Shown piece after piece: positions 1 to 13,678 of a stretch of 64,000 bases of DNA. The number at the start of each line of letters is the position of its first letter. Positions within the stretch are counted from its first letter, which is position 1. Both the position numbers and the translations under genes were made by a program. Source of the DNA: Paraspadella gotoi (lineage: Eukaryota; Animalia; Chaetognatha); the NCBI GenBank assembly GCA_051294375.1, contig CM119269.1, forward strand, positions 15,844,711 to 15,908,710. Direction: 5' to 3'. Under the pieces are notes generated by a model. The model was given only the letters and a program-made list of their open reading frames with translations, did not search any database and was not told the origin of the DNA.

Positions 1-45
1 TGATGATGAAACATTTTCGCAAACGTGATCCATATCCTACTACAG

Positions 46-3000
46 GTCATCCGCTAATGAACCGAGGATTCGTCGCTTTCTTACCAGTTTTCCCATCGTT
101 TCGTCGATCTTTCCTTCATCGACATGAAGACCAGCAACGCCCATCACATCCGGGGAACCGGTATGTAGATTTATCGCACCAGAGAAACATCTTTAGATAG
201 AAATGTCGCATCCAAGGTGAAGATGCATGACTTTATAACTTTCAGGATGTAGATATTTCATCTGGATATTTAGATTTTTAAAATTTCTGGATTGCATAGG
301 TTGTTACCCGTGAGATCTATAAAGCAAGTTGAGGGTCCGCACTCTCTTTTGGGAATACATGGAAAAATTCACTTGAATTGGTAAAAACCAATATATTTTA
401 TTAAAAAGTGGTATGATTTCATTTCAATTGTTTGATTTTTATTACTTTTAATATCGAGACTTATAATCCAGTTAAATGTTTACACTCTCGTTCTTTGCTC
501 AAGTCCATTTCTTTAATTAAAGTTGACGTCCGTACGTAATTTATGAAAGAAAAATAATTAAAAATGACAAGATGAAGTCGTCGTGATGTGTCCGATCAAG
601 AAAAAGGGAATTAGATAAAAAAAAAAGGGAGGAATCAAAAAAAAAAAGTAAATTAATGTTTGTTTAAAGATGAAGAGTTTGCCATAGATTTTATAAAAAT
701 TGGGACATCAATTTTGGAATAATGATTATTTAAGATGAAATACTCCACAGCAAAGTTGAACATAAAGCAATTTGATTCAATTAGGATTAATCTTATTTTT
801 TTTAATATTTTAGGTTTTTTTGTAATAAATTAAAAATGAGTGTGTCTTCATATTCTGTATATAGCCCCCTAAAATTTACTCGACCATATTTAGGATATAG
901 TGTATGTTAAAAGAAACGTTTCAAAAAAGTTAAAGTCATCCAAGTTTTAATGACGAAATTAGAAATGAGGACTTTAATGAGAGAAATCACTTTAAAGAAT
1001 AATAAAGTTAACATTAACCATAAACTAATTCATCTGTCACATCAATTCCCATCGCACCCCTCCCCCCCAATCCCTCGGAACCCGGACAGAGTGCGACCAA
1101 CGCATCCTCTCGACGGGCGAATCCAACGGTACCCTCACTTCCCCCAACTACCCCGGCTTCTTCCCCGTGGGCGTGAGGTGCGTCTACTACGTTGACGGAC
1201 TCTTCGACCGCGAGAATCTCGAAGTCGCCAAAGTCACGATGGAGGATCTCGACATTCCCGCCAACGACGACAAGTAAGGGACGATCGAATCGTTTGGCAG
1301 GAAGCGTTGATTGATTGAATCAATAGCTTGGGTTGATTGTTTCATTTATTGATTGGTGGTTTCTTTCATTATTTACATTTAAATGCTTATTTAGCAATAA
1401 GTTAAAAAAAAAGATTGTTTTTTTTAAACGAGTTGTTTTTATCGATATGTATTTTAATTGTTTTTCTAAATTGATTCATTAATAGATTATATATTCGATT
1501 GAAGGATTGGTTGTTTGATTGATTGATTGGTTTATATTTGAGTACAATTTTTTTTTTTTGGTTTTCGGGCTCGAAAATTGCAAAGTTGCACGTTAAAACT
1601 TTTGATTTTTGGCCATACGCACCGTTTTATTATCAGATAGCTTTATGTTCGGCATTTTAATGACAACTATTTTTAAAAATTCAAAATAAATAGACGATGT
1701 TAAGTTTCTTTATCAATTTTGTCATCTTTTAAAAGCCTAAGTTGTCTCAGCATCGTGGGCGGGACTTTTCAACTCTTATTTTTTTTTTGTAAAGGAAACA
1801 AGATGTAATATAAAAACAGAAAATTCCCCATTGTTCGTTTCCGATCAAAAAAAAAAAGTTTTAGATTCAAAAAAAAAAACGAAAAAAAAAACGAAAAAAC
1901 TAAAAAAATTCTATCGATCGGAATCTCAGGTGCACCAGAGGATCCGTCTCCGCCTTCCTCCATCGTCTGCCAAGCATCTCCTCCTCCTTCTACTCCTCGT
2001 TCTCCACTTCCACTTCCTCCTCTTCCTCCTCTTCCTCCTCTTCCTCCTCGTCTTCCTCGTCGTCATCAACCCAAGCGGAGGCGGTAAATCCACGGAGAGA
2101 AAAAAACTGCTTTTTTTGAGGCTTTTGATTCTTGTTCGTCGTCGTCGTCGTCGTCGTCGTCGTCATTGTTGTTTTCTCTGATCCTCTGCCTTGTTTTTTT
2201 GACGCATAAAATGTAAACAAACTAAATAAGAAACGTCAATAAAAGTCGATTTAAAAGAAATGTCCTTTGCAAGGATTTGACTTAACTGCATTGGAGACCC
2301 ATAATATGGGCCTAGAATTTTTTAGCCCCATCTATAAGAAGACTCTTATCATGAAGATAACAGCTTGAAATTGAAGAATATAGAATTACAGAAAACGTAA
2401 GATAAACGTTTTTTTCAGTCTGAGCCGTTCGTCCCATTTTTACCGAAGTCTATAACGTTATCGTCGTTGTCGTCATTTATTGAATTGACGAGTTTCCAAC
2501 TACAAAGGTAACCTGCCAAAGGAGAAGGTAAAAACTCTTTCTTGTAATTTGTATGTAAGCTGTGTCAGGTGTAAGCGAAACGACAAAGTACGTCGTCATT
2601 GTCGTCGTCGTTATTGAAGTTGTCCTTCTCGTCGTTATCGTCTTTCTCGTCGTCGTCGTCGTTATTGTCGTCGTCGTCGTTATTGTCGTCTTCCTCGTCT
2701 TCAATCTTCCCCCCAACATCGCCTTAAATCCCCGCGACTCGGGAGAGGATTCAGCTGCGAGCGCTATCCTCTCGATTAGCCGTTTATTAAATGGTAGTCG
2801 CTAAATAAGGATGCCGTCGCAGCCTCTTAGCGTGCGAGGGAGCGCCAGCTGATGCCTTTGGCGCTCGCTTGTCGGCGCTTCGGTTGGCGGCGTTTCCCTT
2901 GGCGGCGCCGCGAGCGTTGCGTTTAACGAGACATAGCGTCCCTCTTTTATAAGATCATCAACCGGAGTTTTCTTCTTTTTTTTCCGATATTAAAGTGTTC

Positions 3001-4102
3001 GTGTTATTTTTTTCCTCTTTAGAATTAGATAAAAAAAAAAAATTCAGATGTTTTTTTTCTCCATTCCGTAAGGAGAAAGTTTTTTTCCGAGATTTTTCTC
3101 TTTTGAAATTTAATTTTATAAATATATAATATACTATCGGTTTTAAACGAATTAAGTGGCAGTTAAAATTGAATAATTTAAATCTTTGTTCAGGAAATAT
3201 TGCTAAAAATTAATCCAACAGATATATAATCATAGTCTAAAGGAATAAAATTAATCAAATTCTAATTCAGTTCATTTCTACAGGAATCGGCGCCCGATTT
3301 TCGCTTTTGCGGCGCCACGACGCCGACAACGACGGTCATCGGCGTCGACGCGAGGCTCGTACTCATCTTCGACGCCAGAAACGCCGTCGCCGCCAAAGGG
3401 TTCAAGGCCAGGGTACAGTTCATCAAAGGTGAGGATTGAGGGGTTTAAGGCCATGGGTGCAGTTAAATAAAGCGTAGGCTTAAGGGGTGCAGCCTGGGTG
3501 CAGTTCATAGGGATGCAAGGCCTGAGTCCATAACGAAAAGAAGAGTTCTTTCATGTGCTACATTCTGAAGGTTGACAAAGTGTTCGAAGCGCTTATAAAC
3601 GATCTGCAGGTAACAAAAAATTGAGCATAAAGTTTATATGTGAACTGTTAAATATTTATTTAAGTTTATTTATTTATATAAGTCGGACAATGGCGAATAA
3701 GTCAGACTGAAAAAAAAAATAATCGCGGATAAAAAAAAAGAAAGAAGCTGAGGGAAATCGTAATCGAAAGAGAAAGGAAAAAGTAACAGGAAAAAGAAAA
3801 GGAAAACCCAGGAATCAGGAAAAGAGAAAAAGAGAAAAAAGGTCGATCCCTTTTTTTTCTGGGATCTGGAATCGGTGAAAAACGAGGGAAAGCATTTTTT
3901 TCCTAATCTTTTCGGTTTTGGATATAATCGTGATTGATGTCGGGTCATATTTCTCTCTCTTTCTCTCTCTCCCTCTCTCTTTCCTCTCTCTCTCTCTTAA
4001 TTCATATATCCCATCTCCCCCTCTCCCCTCTCTCCCCCTCTCTCTCTCTCCATTCACCTATCCCATCCCCCACCCCTCGCCCCGCCCTTCTCTCTCTCTC
4101 TC

Positions 4103-4158
<56 letters not shown>

Positions 4159-4268
4159 TCTCTCTCTCTCTTTCATTCACCCTATCCCATCACCCACCTC
4201 TCGCTCTCTCTCTCTCTCCCCTCTCTCTCTCTCCATTCCCCTATCCCATCCCCCACCCCTCGCCCCGC

Positions 4269-4364
<96 letters not shown>

Positions 4365-6353
4365 CTCCTCCCCTTCTCTCTTTCTCTCCTCCATTCACCT
4401 ATCCCACCCCACCCCTCGCCCCGCCCCTTTCCAGAATACGGGGTTCCCGGCACGCGACTCCCGATTCTTCTTGCGTCTTTCGGTACAACTCTGGGAGTCA
4501 GAAGACGGGCGGGCTGAATTCGCCCCGACATCCGGGGCTGTACCCGCCGGGGCTGGATTGCCTCTACCTCTTCGACGCGGGACCCGGCGAGCAAGTTCGA
4601 ATCGTCTTCGAACATTTTTCCGTCGAGAGAAACGAGACCGAGTGAGTTGAATCCGTTTGGTTTTTGTTTTTGTTCCTATTTATTTTTTGGGTTTTTGATT
4701 TCTTTTGTTTTTTTCTTGTTTTTTTTGGGGGGGGTTTAAGTTTTTTTTTATATGTAGCAATCAGCAAGCCTCCTTGTTATCTGCTATTTTTATTCGTATT
4801 CTGATATTAATGGCATTGTTTTTGGGGGAGGGTGAGCGTAAATACCTTTATTTTATCTATTATTCGCATTGTAATTCGTAATTTGGTCATTGATTTCATA
4901 GTCTCCATTATCTTTATCGATAGCATCTAAAAATTGAGCCCATAAATCGACATTTTTTTAAAAACTCCATTATTTACAAGAAAAGCCACTTTGTCTCCAT
5001 TTTCCATCGCAGATACAAATTGACGAAATATTGTTCCCGCGATTCGGTGGAAGTTTACAACGTTTTTCCCTCCGGACCGACGCCGACGAAGGAAACCGCG
5101 GGTCAACCTGGTACACCTTAATTGAATTATCGTATCAATGTATTTATTGTTTCGGGAATCGGTTATAATCTATATAGGATACAAATCACGCAATTAATTA
5201 ACATTGCTTTTTTCAAAACAAATAACCGTCGCTTTACGAAATTCATTGCATTTCGCCAGACCGTTGATGACGGTTAAATCGTCGTCGAGGCGACTTTCTC
5301 GCCGACGCAATGACTACAATGTCCTTTCTCACTCCCCCCCTTCCCCCCCATCAATGATCCCCATTCAGTCCGCCTCCGTTCGTCCTTGGTCGGTCAATTC
5401 TGCGGCGCCGCGGTGCCCGGTCCCATCATTTCCGCGTCGTCAGCGCCGCAGCTGCGGCTGCGGTTTCGCAGCGACGGGCGCCGCGACGATTCCGGCGACG
5501 GCATGCTGGAGGGGACGGGGTTCAAGGCCCGTTACGCCTTCGTCGCCGCTCGCGACGAACCCTTTCAAGGTGAGTCGCCGAGTAAGTTTTTTTTTCGTAG
5601 TCGGGGTCGAAGTTCGCGGATTTTTGAGTTGGACTGTCAAAGATGATTCGTTCTGTCGAAAGGTGAGGCAGTCAAAGTCTGATTATTCTGACCGAAATGT
5701 CTCTCTCCTCAAACATCGAATGAACTCGATTTTTGAGGAACGTCAATCCGGATTTTATTCTTTTCTCTTCGCCCGTTTGACCGTGACATCGCTAAATTGG
5801 ATGAACAGTCGCCGGCGACTAAGGCACCGACTGAGTAAAGTTATTACTAAATAATGCATAATATGAACCATAATAGACTATAATAAAGTCTATGATATAG
5901 TGCAGATCATAAAAAAAAAAAATTTTGACGCTTGAAACGATTTTCGTGTCTTCTTCCTTCCCACCGCAAATTTCTTTTTGCATTAATAACCACGAAAGAG
6001 GCAAAAAATGTATTCCTTTCCTAGGAAATATAAATATTTATACACCAGTTTTTAACTTTTTTTTAACCAGAGTCGTTTAGAGTTAAAAGTATCTCATTTA
6101 GGTTAGCCAAATTAAAATTTTTTGGAAGTTGATTTTTTTTTTTTATTATCCTTCCGAGATAATTGGGCGTTAAATGTAGCAGCAATAAACCGTTTTGAAT
6201 TTGTAACTCCCTGTATTTGCCGCTTTTCTTCTTCCTCTTTATCTCTATCTCTCTATCTCTCTCTTTTCCAGGAGCGCCCATTTATTCATTTATTTTCTTT
6301 TAGTCTGTAAATGGAAGGAAAAGGTAATAACGTATTCCGGTTACAGTACCTCA

Positions 6354-6424
<71 letters not shown>

Positions 6425-9400
6425 TCTGTCTCTCAGGGTACTTACCTCTCATCTTCTTCTCCTTGGTTCTCTCGGTTAATTATCTTGGGTTTAAATTTTT
6501 TAAGTCGTCGTCGAAAACTTTCACTTTCACTCTGAGAAGGGACTCCTCACAAATACAAAATGATTCTGACAATTCTAATAATTATAACCATTAAATTGAT
6601 TTTTAGTTTAATAGTGGGATGTGACTTTTCCTCTTTTTTTTTAAAGTTTGCGGAGGAAACCTGTCCTACTCAAATCTTCCGGAAGGGGGCGTGATCACTT
6701 CGCCTTCGTATCCCAACAAATATCCGCCTCGGATTCACTGCGTCTGGATTTTAAAGGTGGGTTCATACTCAAAGTTGGTCGGGTTAGTTTAAAAATACAA
6801 AGTAAAATACGAAACTATTTTAAAATTTAAAGTTTAAGAGTTAAAATTTAAAATTAACAGTTTAAGAGTTAAAATTAAAATTAAAAGTTTAAGAGTTAAA
6901 ATTTAAAATTTAAAATTTAAAAAATTTTGAAATTTGAAATTTGAAATTTGAAAATTTATGAAATTTAAAATTTAAAAATTTAAAAATTTAAAATTTAAAA
7001 TTTAAATTTAAAATTTAAAGTTTAAAGTTTAAGAGTTAAAATTTAAAATTTAATGTTTAAGAGATAAAATTTTAAAATTTAATTAAAATTTAAAATTTGA
7101 AATTTGAAATTTGAAATTTAAAATTAAAATTTAAAATTTAGGAAAAAACAGTTTTTGTTTGACAACGATTTATTTGACACAATTTTAGTCAGACATGTTT
7201 CGGCTCATTCATTTAAGATATAATAATATTTGTCCTCTGTTGAAGTAAGTTTTTTGAGAGAGAGAAAAGAGAGAGAGAGAGAGAGAAATTGAGGAGAGTT
7301 TCCAACAAAGAATAAGTTAAGGGACAGTGGTCAGATCTGAGGACAGCTGAAGGTGAGGAGAGGGAAGAAGTAAGTCTTTGAAAAATGAAATGAGAGTGGG
7401 AGAGAGAGAGAGAGAGAGAGCAAAGCAAAAATTTTTAAACAATACATTTAGCAATGTACAACAGAGATAAAATGCATGAAATCTAAACATAAACTGAAAT
7501 TAATGTTAACAATAGAAAATAATAAGTTAGTAGAATAAAGTGAATTTGAAATAGAAAATAAGTGGTGAGGATAGATAAGTGAAGAAAAGTGAAAGTAAGT
7601 AAAAGAAAGAGCTCAAAAATGAGCTGGCCCCCCCGGCCGGGCAAATGGAGGACGTTGACGATAAAGTCGGCGTCATTTGCCTGGTCATAGGTTGCGAGGT
7701 ATACTTGTAGAGTTTGATATGCTTGGATCCGGAAGAGATCCGCTTGGGAAAATGCCAAGTGCTACTCGTATATCCCTTTGGCCTGATAAGCCTGCCGACA
7801 GCCCTCCTCTCACCAATTGAAATTTGAAATTTAAGATTTTAAATTTTAAATTTTAAATACCAAAGTGAATTTTGAATTGGCGAATTCATTTTTTCCTTCC
7901 GCGCCCAGATCGCGTCAAAGTCACGTGTTCGGACCACGCCCCAAAACAGCAAACGAATCCTCCTCACATTTTTGGCGATGAAACTCGAAGGCAGCAACAG
8001 CCGTGAGTCTATAAGTCTATAAGTGAATTAATTATAATTAAAACCAAATAAAATCAATTAATTCTGGAAAAGAATATTTTCTGCTAAATTATTATTACAA
8101 AGACCTTTTGTTTTAATTTTCCAATAAGAAAAATCAATATGAAAAATTACTTATATTTTTAAAGTGTTTTTATTTTTTTATCAGTGAATTCGAAACCAAG
8201 AATATAAAGACTAGAGAGAGAGAGTGTGATAGCGGTACATATACTCAACTCAAAATAAAATTCAATATTGATAACGAATAATTGTGATCGAAAAATATAC
8301 TGATTCTCATTTTTGTATCCTCTTTTTTCTTCTAAGACGGATGCCCAAAGTCGGTGCTTCGAATCTACGGAAGCGAAGAACCGAAATCCATTCCCATGGA
8401 ACTCTGCGGAGGCGTTGCTCCCAAGAGGGAGATCGTCTCAGACGGTCCTTACCTCAGAATTGAGTGAGTTTTGCTTAAAAAAAAATTAACGATGGGTCTT
8501 TAGAGCATTGTTCAAGTTGATTTTTTATATAACTTGTGGAGTTTCTTGTATTCATGATTTCAGGTTTTAAAATTATCGTAATACTTTGTTTTCCCATTAT
8601 GTTAAGAAAATCCTAATTTGAGTGAGTTGTCAGATACCACATGCTTATCTCAAAAGTACCTGTAAAGTCATTATTTTTCTAAAAAAGTTTCATTATATTC
8701 TTAAAAACGTCAATTTTTTTTACGATTTCCGAATTTTTTGGGAGACCGTGTGGCAAATCCTAAATTTGCCTCCCGTATAGCTTGGTGAAACTCATCCAAT
8801 GGCTTGGACAATGGACAGCATTTACCAACCGTGAGTTTCGGATTCAATACCCTGACGGTCCCGCTGATTAAAGGCTGAAGCCGTCGGCATAAACCCGCCA
8901 TTGACTTGGTGTGGTCACTGCTGGTTCCAAGTCCTTAGCGCCAGCTGTCGGGGGAATCCTCACTCACCGGGCATCCCACATGTCTCCCCGTTGCCATAAC
9001 TGAATAATTTTGGACTGCTTCAATTTATTAGATGTGCGGGGGGGGGGGGGGAAAGGGGAAAAAATGACAAAAGAGAAAAAAGTAAGAAAAAAAATTTCCC
9101 TATTCCATTAAAAGATGAGACGAGAGGTTGCAAAAAAATCATCATCCTATTTTTTTTCGCTCAATTTGAAAAAAGAAGGGAAAACGTCAAATGCTCGTCT
9201 TAAACCTTTCAAATGTGGACGAAAGCGCTTCCCCCTTATCTGCGGCTCACTCACTCTATCTCTTTCTCTCTCTCTCACTCTTTCTCTCTCTCTTTAACTC
9301 TCTCTCTGTCTAACTTTCTCTCCCGCACTACTTTTTTCTCGTTCTATCTGTCTTCTCTTCTCTCCTCTCATACATCTCTTCTTCTATTCTCTCTCTTCCT

Positions 9401-9442
9401 TCGCTTCTCTTTTCCCCTCTCATTTTGCGTGGGGTGTGCGCT

Positions 9443-9497
<55 letters not shown>

Positions 9498-12007
9498 ATG
9501 GGTTTTATTTCCCTCTGTAGTTGCTTACTCCTTTCCCCTTGACACAAACTGTCAACTCTTTATCTTTCCTTTTCCATTCAGTCTCTCCGTTCCTCTTTCA
9601 ATTTTTTCTTCTCTCGTCTTAAAAAAAAAAAAAAAAAAAAACCCCAAAGGCAAACGAAACGAAACAAAAAAAATGTTTGCTCTTTTTTTTTGATTGCCGA
9701 TTCCCCCGTTTCTGTGGGACATTATATAAGATATAAGGCAATATCTTTCTCTTAGTCTCAAAGGTCGACAACATTTATGTTCCCTTTTTCTGACCACAAA
9801 ATAAGAAAATAAATGTCACTCAACAACAATGCCATGCGATGGTTGTAAGAAATAATGTTTAATTCCTAAAAAAAGGCTAAATTTATGAGCAAATAACAAC
9901 AAGCAATGATAGAATGATAGAATAATGAAAGACTTTTTACGGTTGTAAAGTAAATTGAATATTTAAACAAAACCATCCAATGACGGAATAAATTATAAAT
10001 TCGTATAACCGAAATATTTCATTTCATTCACGAAAAAAAAGCTTCTTCAGTTTGAAAAAAAAATGAAGTCACAACGAAAAAGAGTGACACTCCACTTTTT
10101 CTCCGCCGGTCCACCGAGTTGCTTAGCGACGCGCGACTCTGTTTATCTTTTTCCCGCAGATTCACGACGTCCGGCGACGCCTCCGGAGAAATGGGCTTTA
10201 AAATATCCTGGGCGCAGGTGATTCGCAGCCGGGTCGTCAAGACCCAAGGAACAGACGGACCCCTCCTCCTCCTACCGCCCCGCCTGCCTCCGCCTCCTCC
10301 TCCTCCTCCTCTTCATCGGCTCCTCACCGGGCTAATCAACAAGAGTTCATTTGTCCTCCCAACTTCTTTCTCTGCAAGGCGTCCAGGTGTTGTTGGTTGG
10401 GGCTGAGTAAGAAGTTGGGGGTGGAGAAAAAGGATGGGGGTGGTTCGAAAAGTAGTTGGTCGGGAGAGAGTTTTGAATAGGGAAAGGTAAGGAATGAAAT
10501 CATTTACGAGGAGAGAGGGTAAGTTGAAAAGAGAGCTGAAGGAAAAGGAATAAGTGTGTTAGAGAAAAGGTCGAGAGGCAAAGGGTCGAGGGTGAGTGAT
10601 ACCGAGTGCTTCTTAAAAACGGCAGGCAATATATGACGAGGCCCGGGAGAGAGAGAGAAAAAAAAATGGCGAGGATATAAGGATGAAAGAGTCGACGCCT
10701 TGTTTTGACAAGGACTGAGTGGATTTGGCGAAAAAAAAAGGGTCGTTCATTATTTATTGAGGGGAGAAGGGACCTCGGATATTAAGGGGCGGGCGCGAAA
10801 AAAAATTTTTTTAATCCTCTTTTGTTGAAGTTGCGAGTTGATCCATGGAGAGAGAGAAGAAAAGAACGAGATAAGCGAATAGAGTAGATTGCCTGTAATA
10901 GAATATTATGGATTAGTGAATCTTAGACTTTGCGCATGTTTTTATAAGAGGCGGGCAATTAGGAATACGAGCTTGAGGCCAAAAAGCGTACGGAATGCAG
11001 CCTACAGGCCAATTATACAATTATATTTAGCCAATCAGAATTTTGACTTGTGAAAAAAATGTAATAATCTTGCTTCCGCCATTTTTGTTTTCCTCTCTCA
11101 CGCGACAGGCAATGCATCTACAAACGTCTTGTGTGCGACGGCGTCGTTCAATGCGGCTTCGACGCCGAAACGAGAGGAGTGGACGAATCTGACGAACTGG
11201 CCGACTGTGAGTGTGAACGAGGAAGTGTGAAGTGAGGTGTCAACTGTGAATCATTTGATTATGAAATGTAAACGAATTGAGTACTCCGAATTTATTTCTT
11301 GATTTAATTACTACATGTTTCTGATTTAAAATAACAACAAAAAAGTTTTAAAAATTCCTATTGAATGCTGCAAAAATTGCCTTTTAAAGTAAACAAGAGT
11401 AAAATATTTTTAAAAGATGTAAAACATGTATGCACAAAGACAAAAACTTTTAAAACCAGGAAAAAAAATACCTCGAAACGGCGGCCATAAAACGCAGTCA
11501 GGAAACGGTTTATTGAAAAAGGGCGGTCGCCGGAAAGAAAAAAAATTACGAAACGATTCCGTGGAATAAGAAAAGCGAGCTTCGTTTATGGACGAAGATA
11601 ACGCTTGCACTGCACCCCCCTCACATCCGCCATCGTCTTTCCACTTCAGCCACTACCACCCCCTGACTACCTTCACAGTCTCGCGACTCGCGAAGCCGCA
11701 AGAGATGCGCTAAACCGTTAACCTTCGACGAGACGTTGGTTTTTAAAGAAAACCATTAGACGAAAAAGAGAGGCGACAGAACAGACAGAGAGAGGACAGA
11801 GAGAGAGACGAGAGAGAGAGAGGAAGAGAGAGAGAGAGTAGAGAGATAGAGAGAGAGAAAGAGAGAAAAGAAGGATGTTGCGGCGCAAGGTTCGTAAAAA
11901 TAACCGCGACGGTTTTACGGGGTCGTGTGAGTTTTACGGTCTCTCCAACCGGGTATAGAGAGAGAGAGATACGAAAGAGAGAGAGAGGAGAAAGAAGAGA
12001 GGAGAAG

Positions 12008-12090
<83 letters not shown>

Positions 12091-13632
12091 AGAAGAAAAA
12101 GAGAGAGAGATAAGCAAAGAAAAAGAGAAGGTGGCTTACCCTGTATCACCCCCGTTGAGCCTAACCAGGTCCGATTGTGAATATAAAAGACGTGAAAAAT
12201 TTCATGAGGAGGGTGGGGTGGTGCGTGTAACCCATTACAATTTACTGGATTGGGGGGGGGATTTGAGAGTGGAGCCGAGATTGTGCCAAACGAGACCGAT
12301 TTAGGGAGAGTTAAAAATTTTTAAACGTTCTTTTCCCGATAATTTGTCTAAAAAAAAAACAAAAACAAAGAACATATCAATCAATTAATTTCATCAATCA
12401 ATTTCAAACATTTCCCTAATATTTGCGATATTATATTACGAACTACGTAACTCATATCCTCGAAAGTCTTACCAATGATCAGTTTTTATCACCCATGTTC
12501 ACTGTTCACTCTTCAGGTCCTCGTCCGGTGTCCATCGATTGGGTTCCCGCGATGGTGAGCGTCATCGTCGCCGTCGTCGTCGTCGTCTTCTTGGCTTTCT
12601 GCCTCTGGAAATACAATAAAAAATTAAAATCAGGTTACGACAATGACAATTTTTTTTTTTTACTAAAATTACCATTTTTTTTCAAAATTTTCACAATAGC
12701 GGACTCGTTAGTCGGAACTAATTGTTTTTCCTCCATAAATCACGGAAACTTTTTTTGGTTTTTTTGTCTTTTGTTTTTTTGTTTGTTTTTTCTTTGTTCG
12801 AGGCTGACGAGATTCGACATGGCACTTGTCGGTCGGTCGGTCTGTAGCTTGGTTGCATTTTATACTACATTATACGTATTCATTCCATTCAATTATCCTT
12901 TAAATAATAAAGTAAGCTCATATATACTAAATTTCATTATTTTAAAAGTTAATAATAGATTAAGAAATAAAAACATTAATACGTCATTAGAGGTTCCCCA
13001 GCGTCGAGACGAAAACGTTTTTACTTCAAGTCGTTTTTCCTTTTCCATTTTCATTCAATCAACGTTTCCTTTTTTCAGGCGCCAAACAAAGGTTCCGCAC
13101 CGGCGCGGTAATCAAGGATCAAAAACAAAAGACGCCCTTCGTCAACGACGCCGGAAAATCGCTGCAGCAACAGCAGAAGGAATTGCTGCTGCAACAGAAG
13201 GAGCTGCAGCTGAAACAGAAGGTGGCCTACATCGACGGTTGGGGTCCTCTGACGACGGAATCCGACGACGGGATCGAAATAAAAAAAGAGCAATCCGTGC
13301 TCGATTCGCCGATCCTCATCGACGGGGAGGAGACCAAGGAGAAATCAGATTACAGGTCCTAAAATGGTTGCAATTATTCGGCGATAGCTCGTTAGTCGTT
13401 CGTGCCAAGAGCTCGGCGAGGCGGCCTTGCCCTTTTCAAGCTAATCGTCCGGGGTCGTGAATGAAGGTTGTCAAGTTGCACAACCTTGCTGAAGGCCGTC
13501 GATCCAATTAACGCCCTGATAGGAGGGAAATTAGCAATTCGTTTGTAAATTACAAAATTTGCACTGATGTAATTGAGACGGTTAAATTAGATGGCGTGCG
13601 ATGAGCGGGGCAGAGGGGGAGGGAGAGAGAGA

Positions 13633-13678
<46 letters not shown>

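Noticed and set aside
3918-4650. Long poly-SL / poly-ER ORFs (also 11743-12304, 60319-61127)
   Set aside because: Translations of (CT)n/(GA)n microsatellites.
8785-8860. GAAACTCA...TGAGTT...CTGACGG as a hammerhead inside the 250-bp element
   Set aside because: The core reads CUGACGG instead of CUGANGA and no stem II forms.
12423-13460. 345-aa ORF
   Set aside because: Chance read-through of an intron; only 12517-12632 is in the true frame and the next exon uses another frame.
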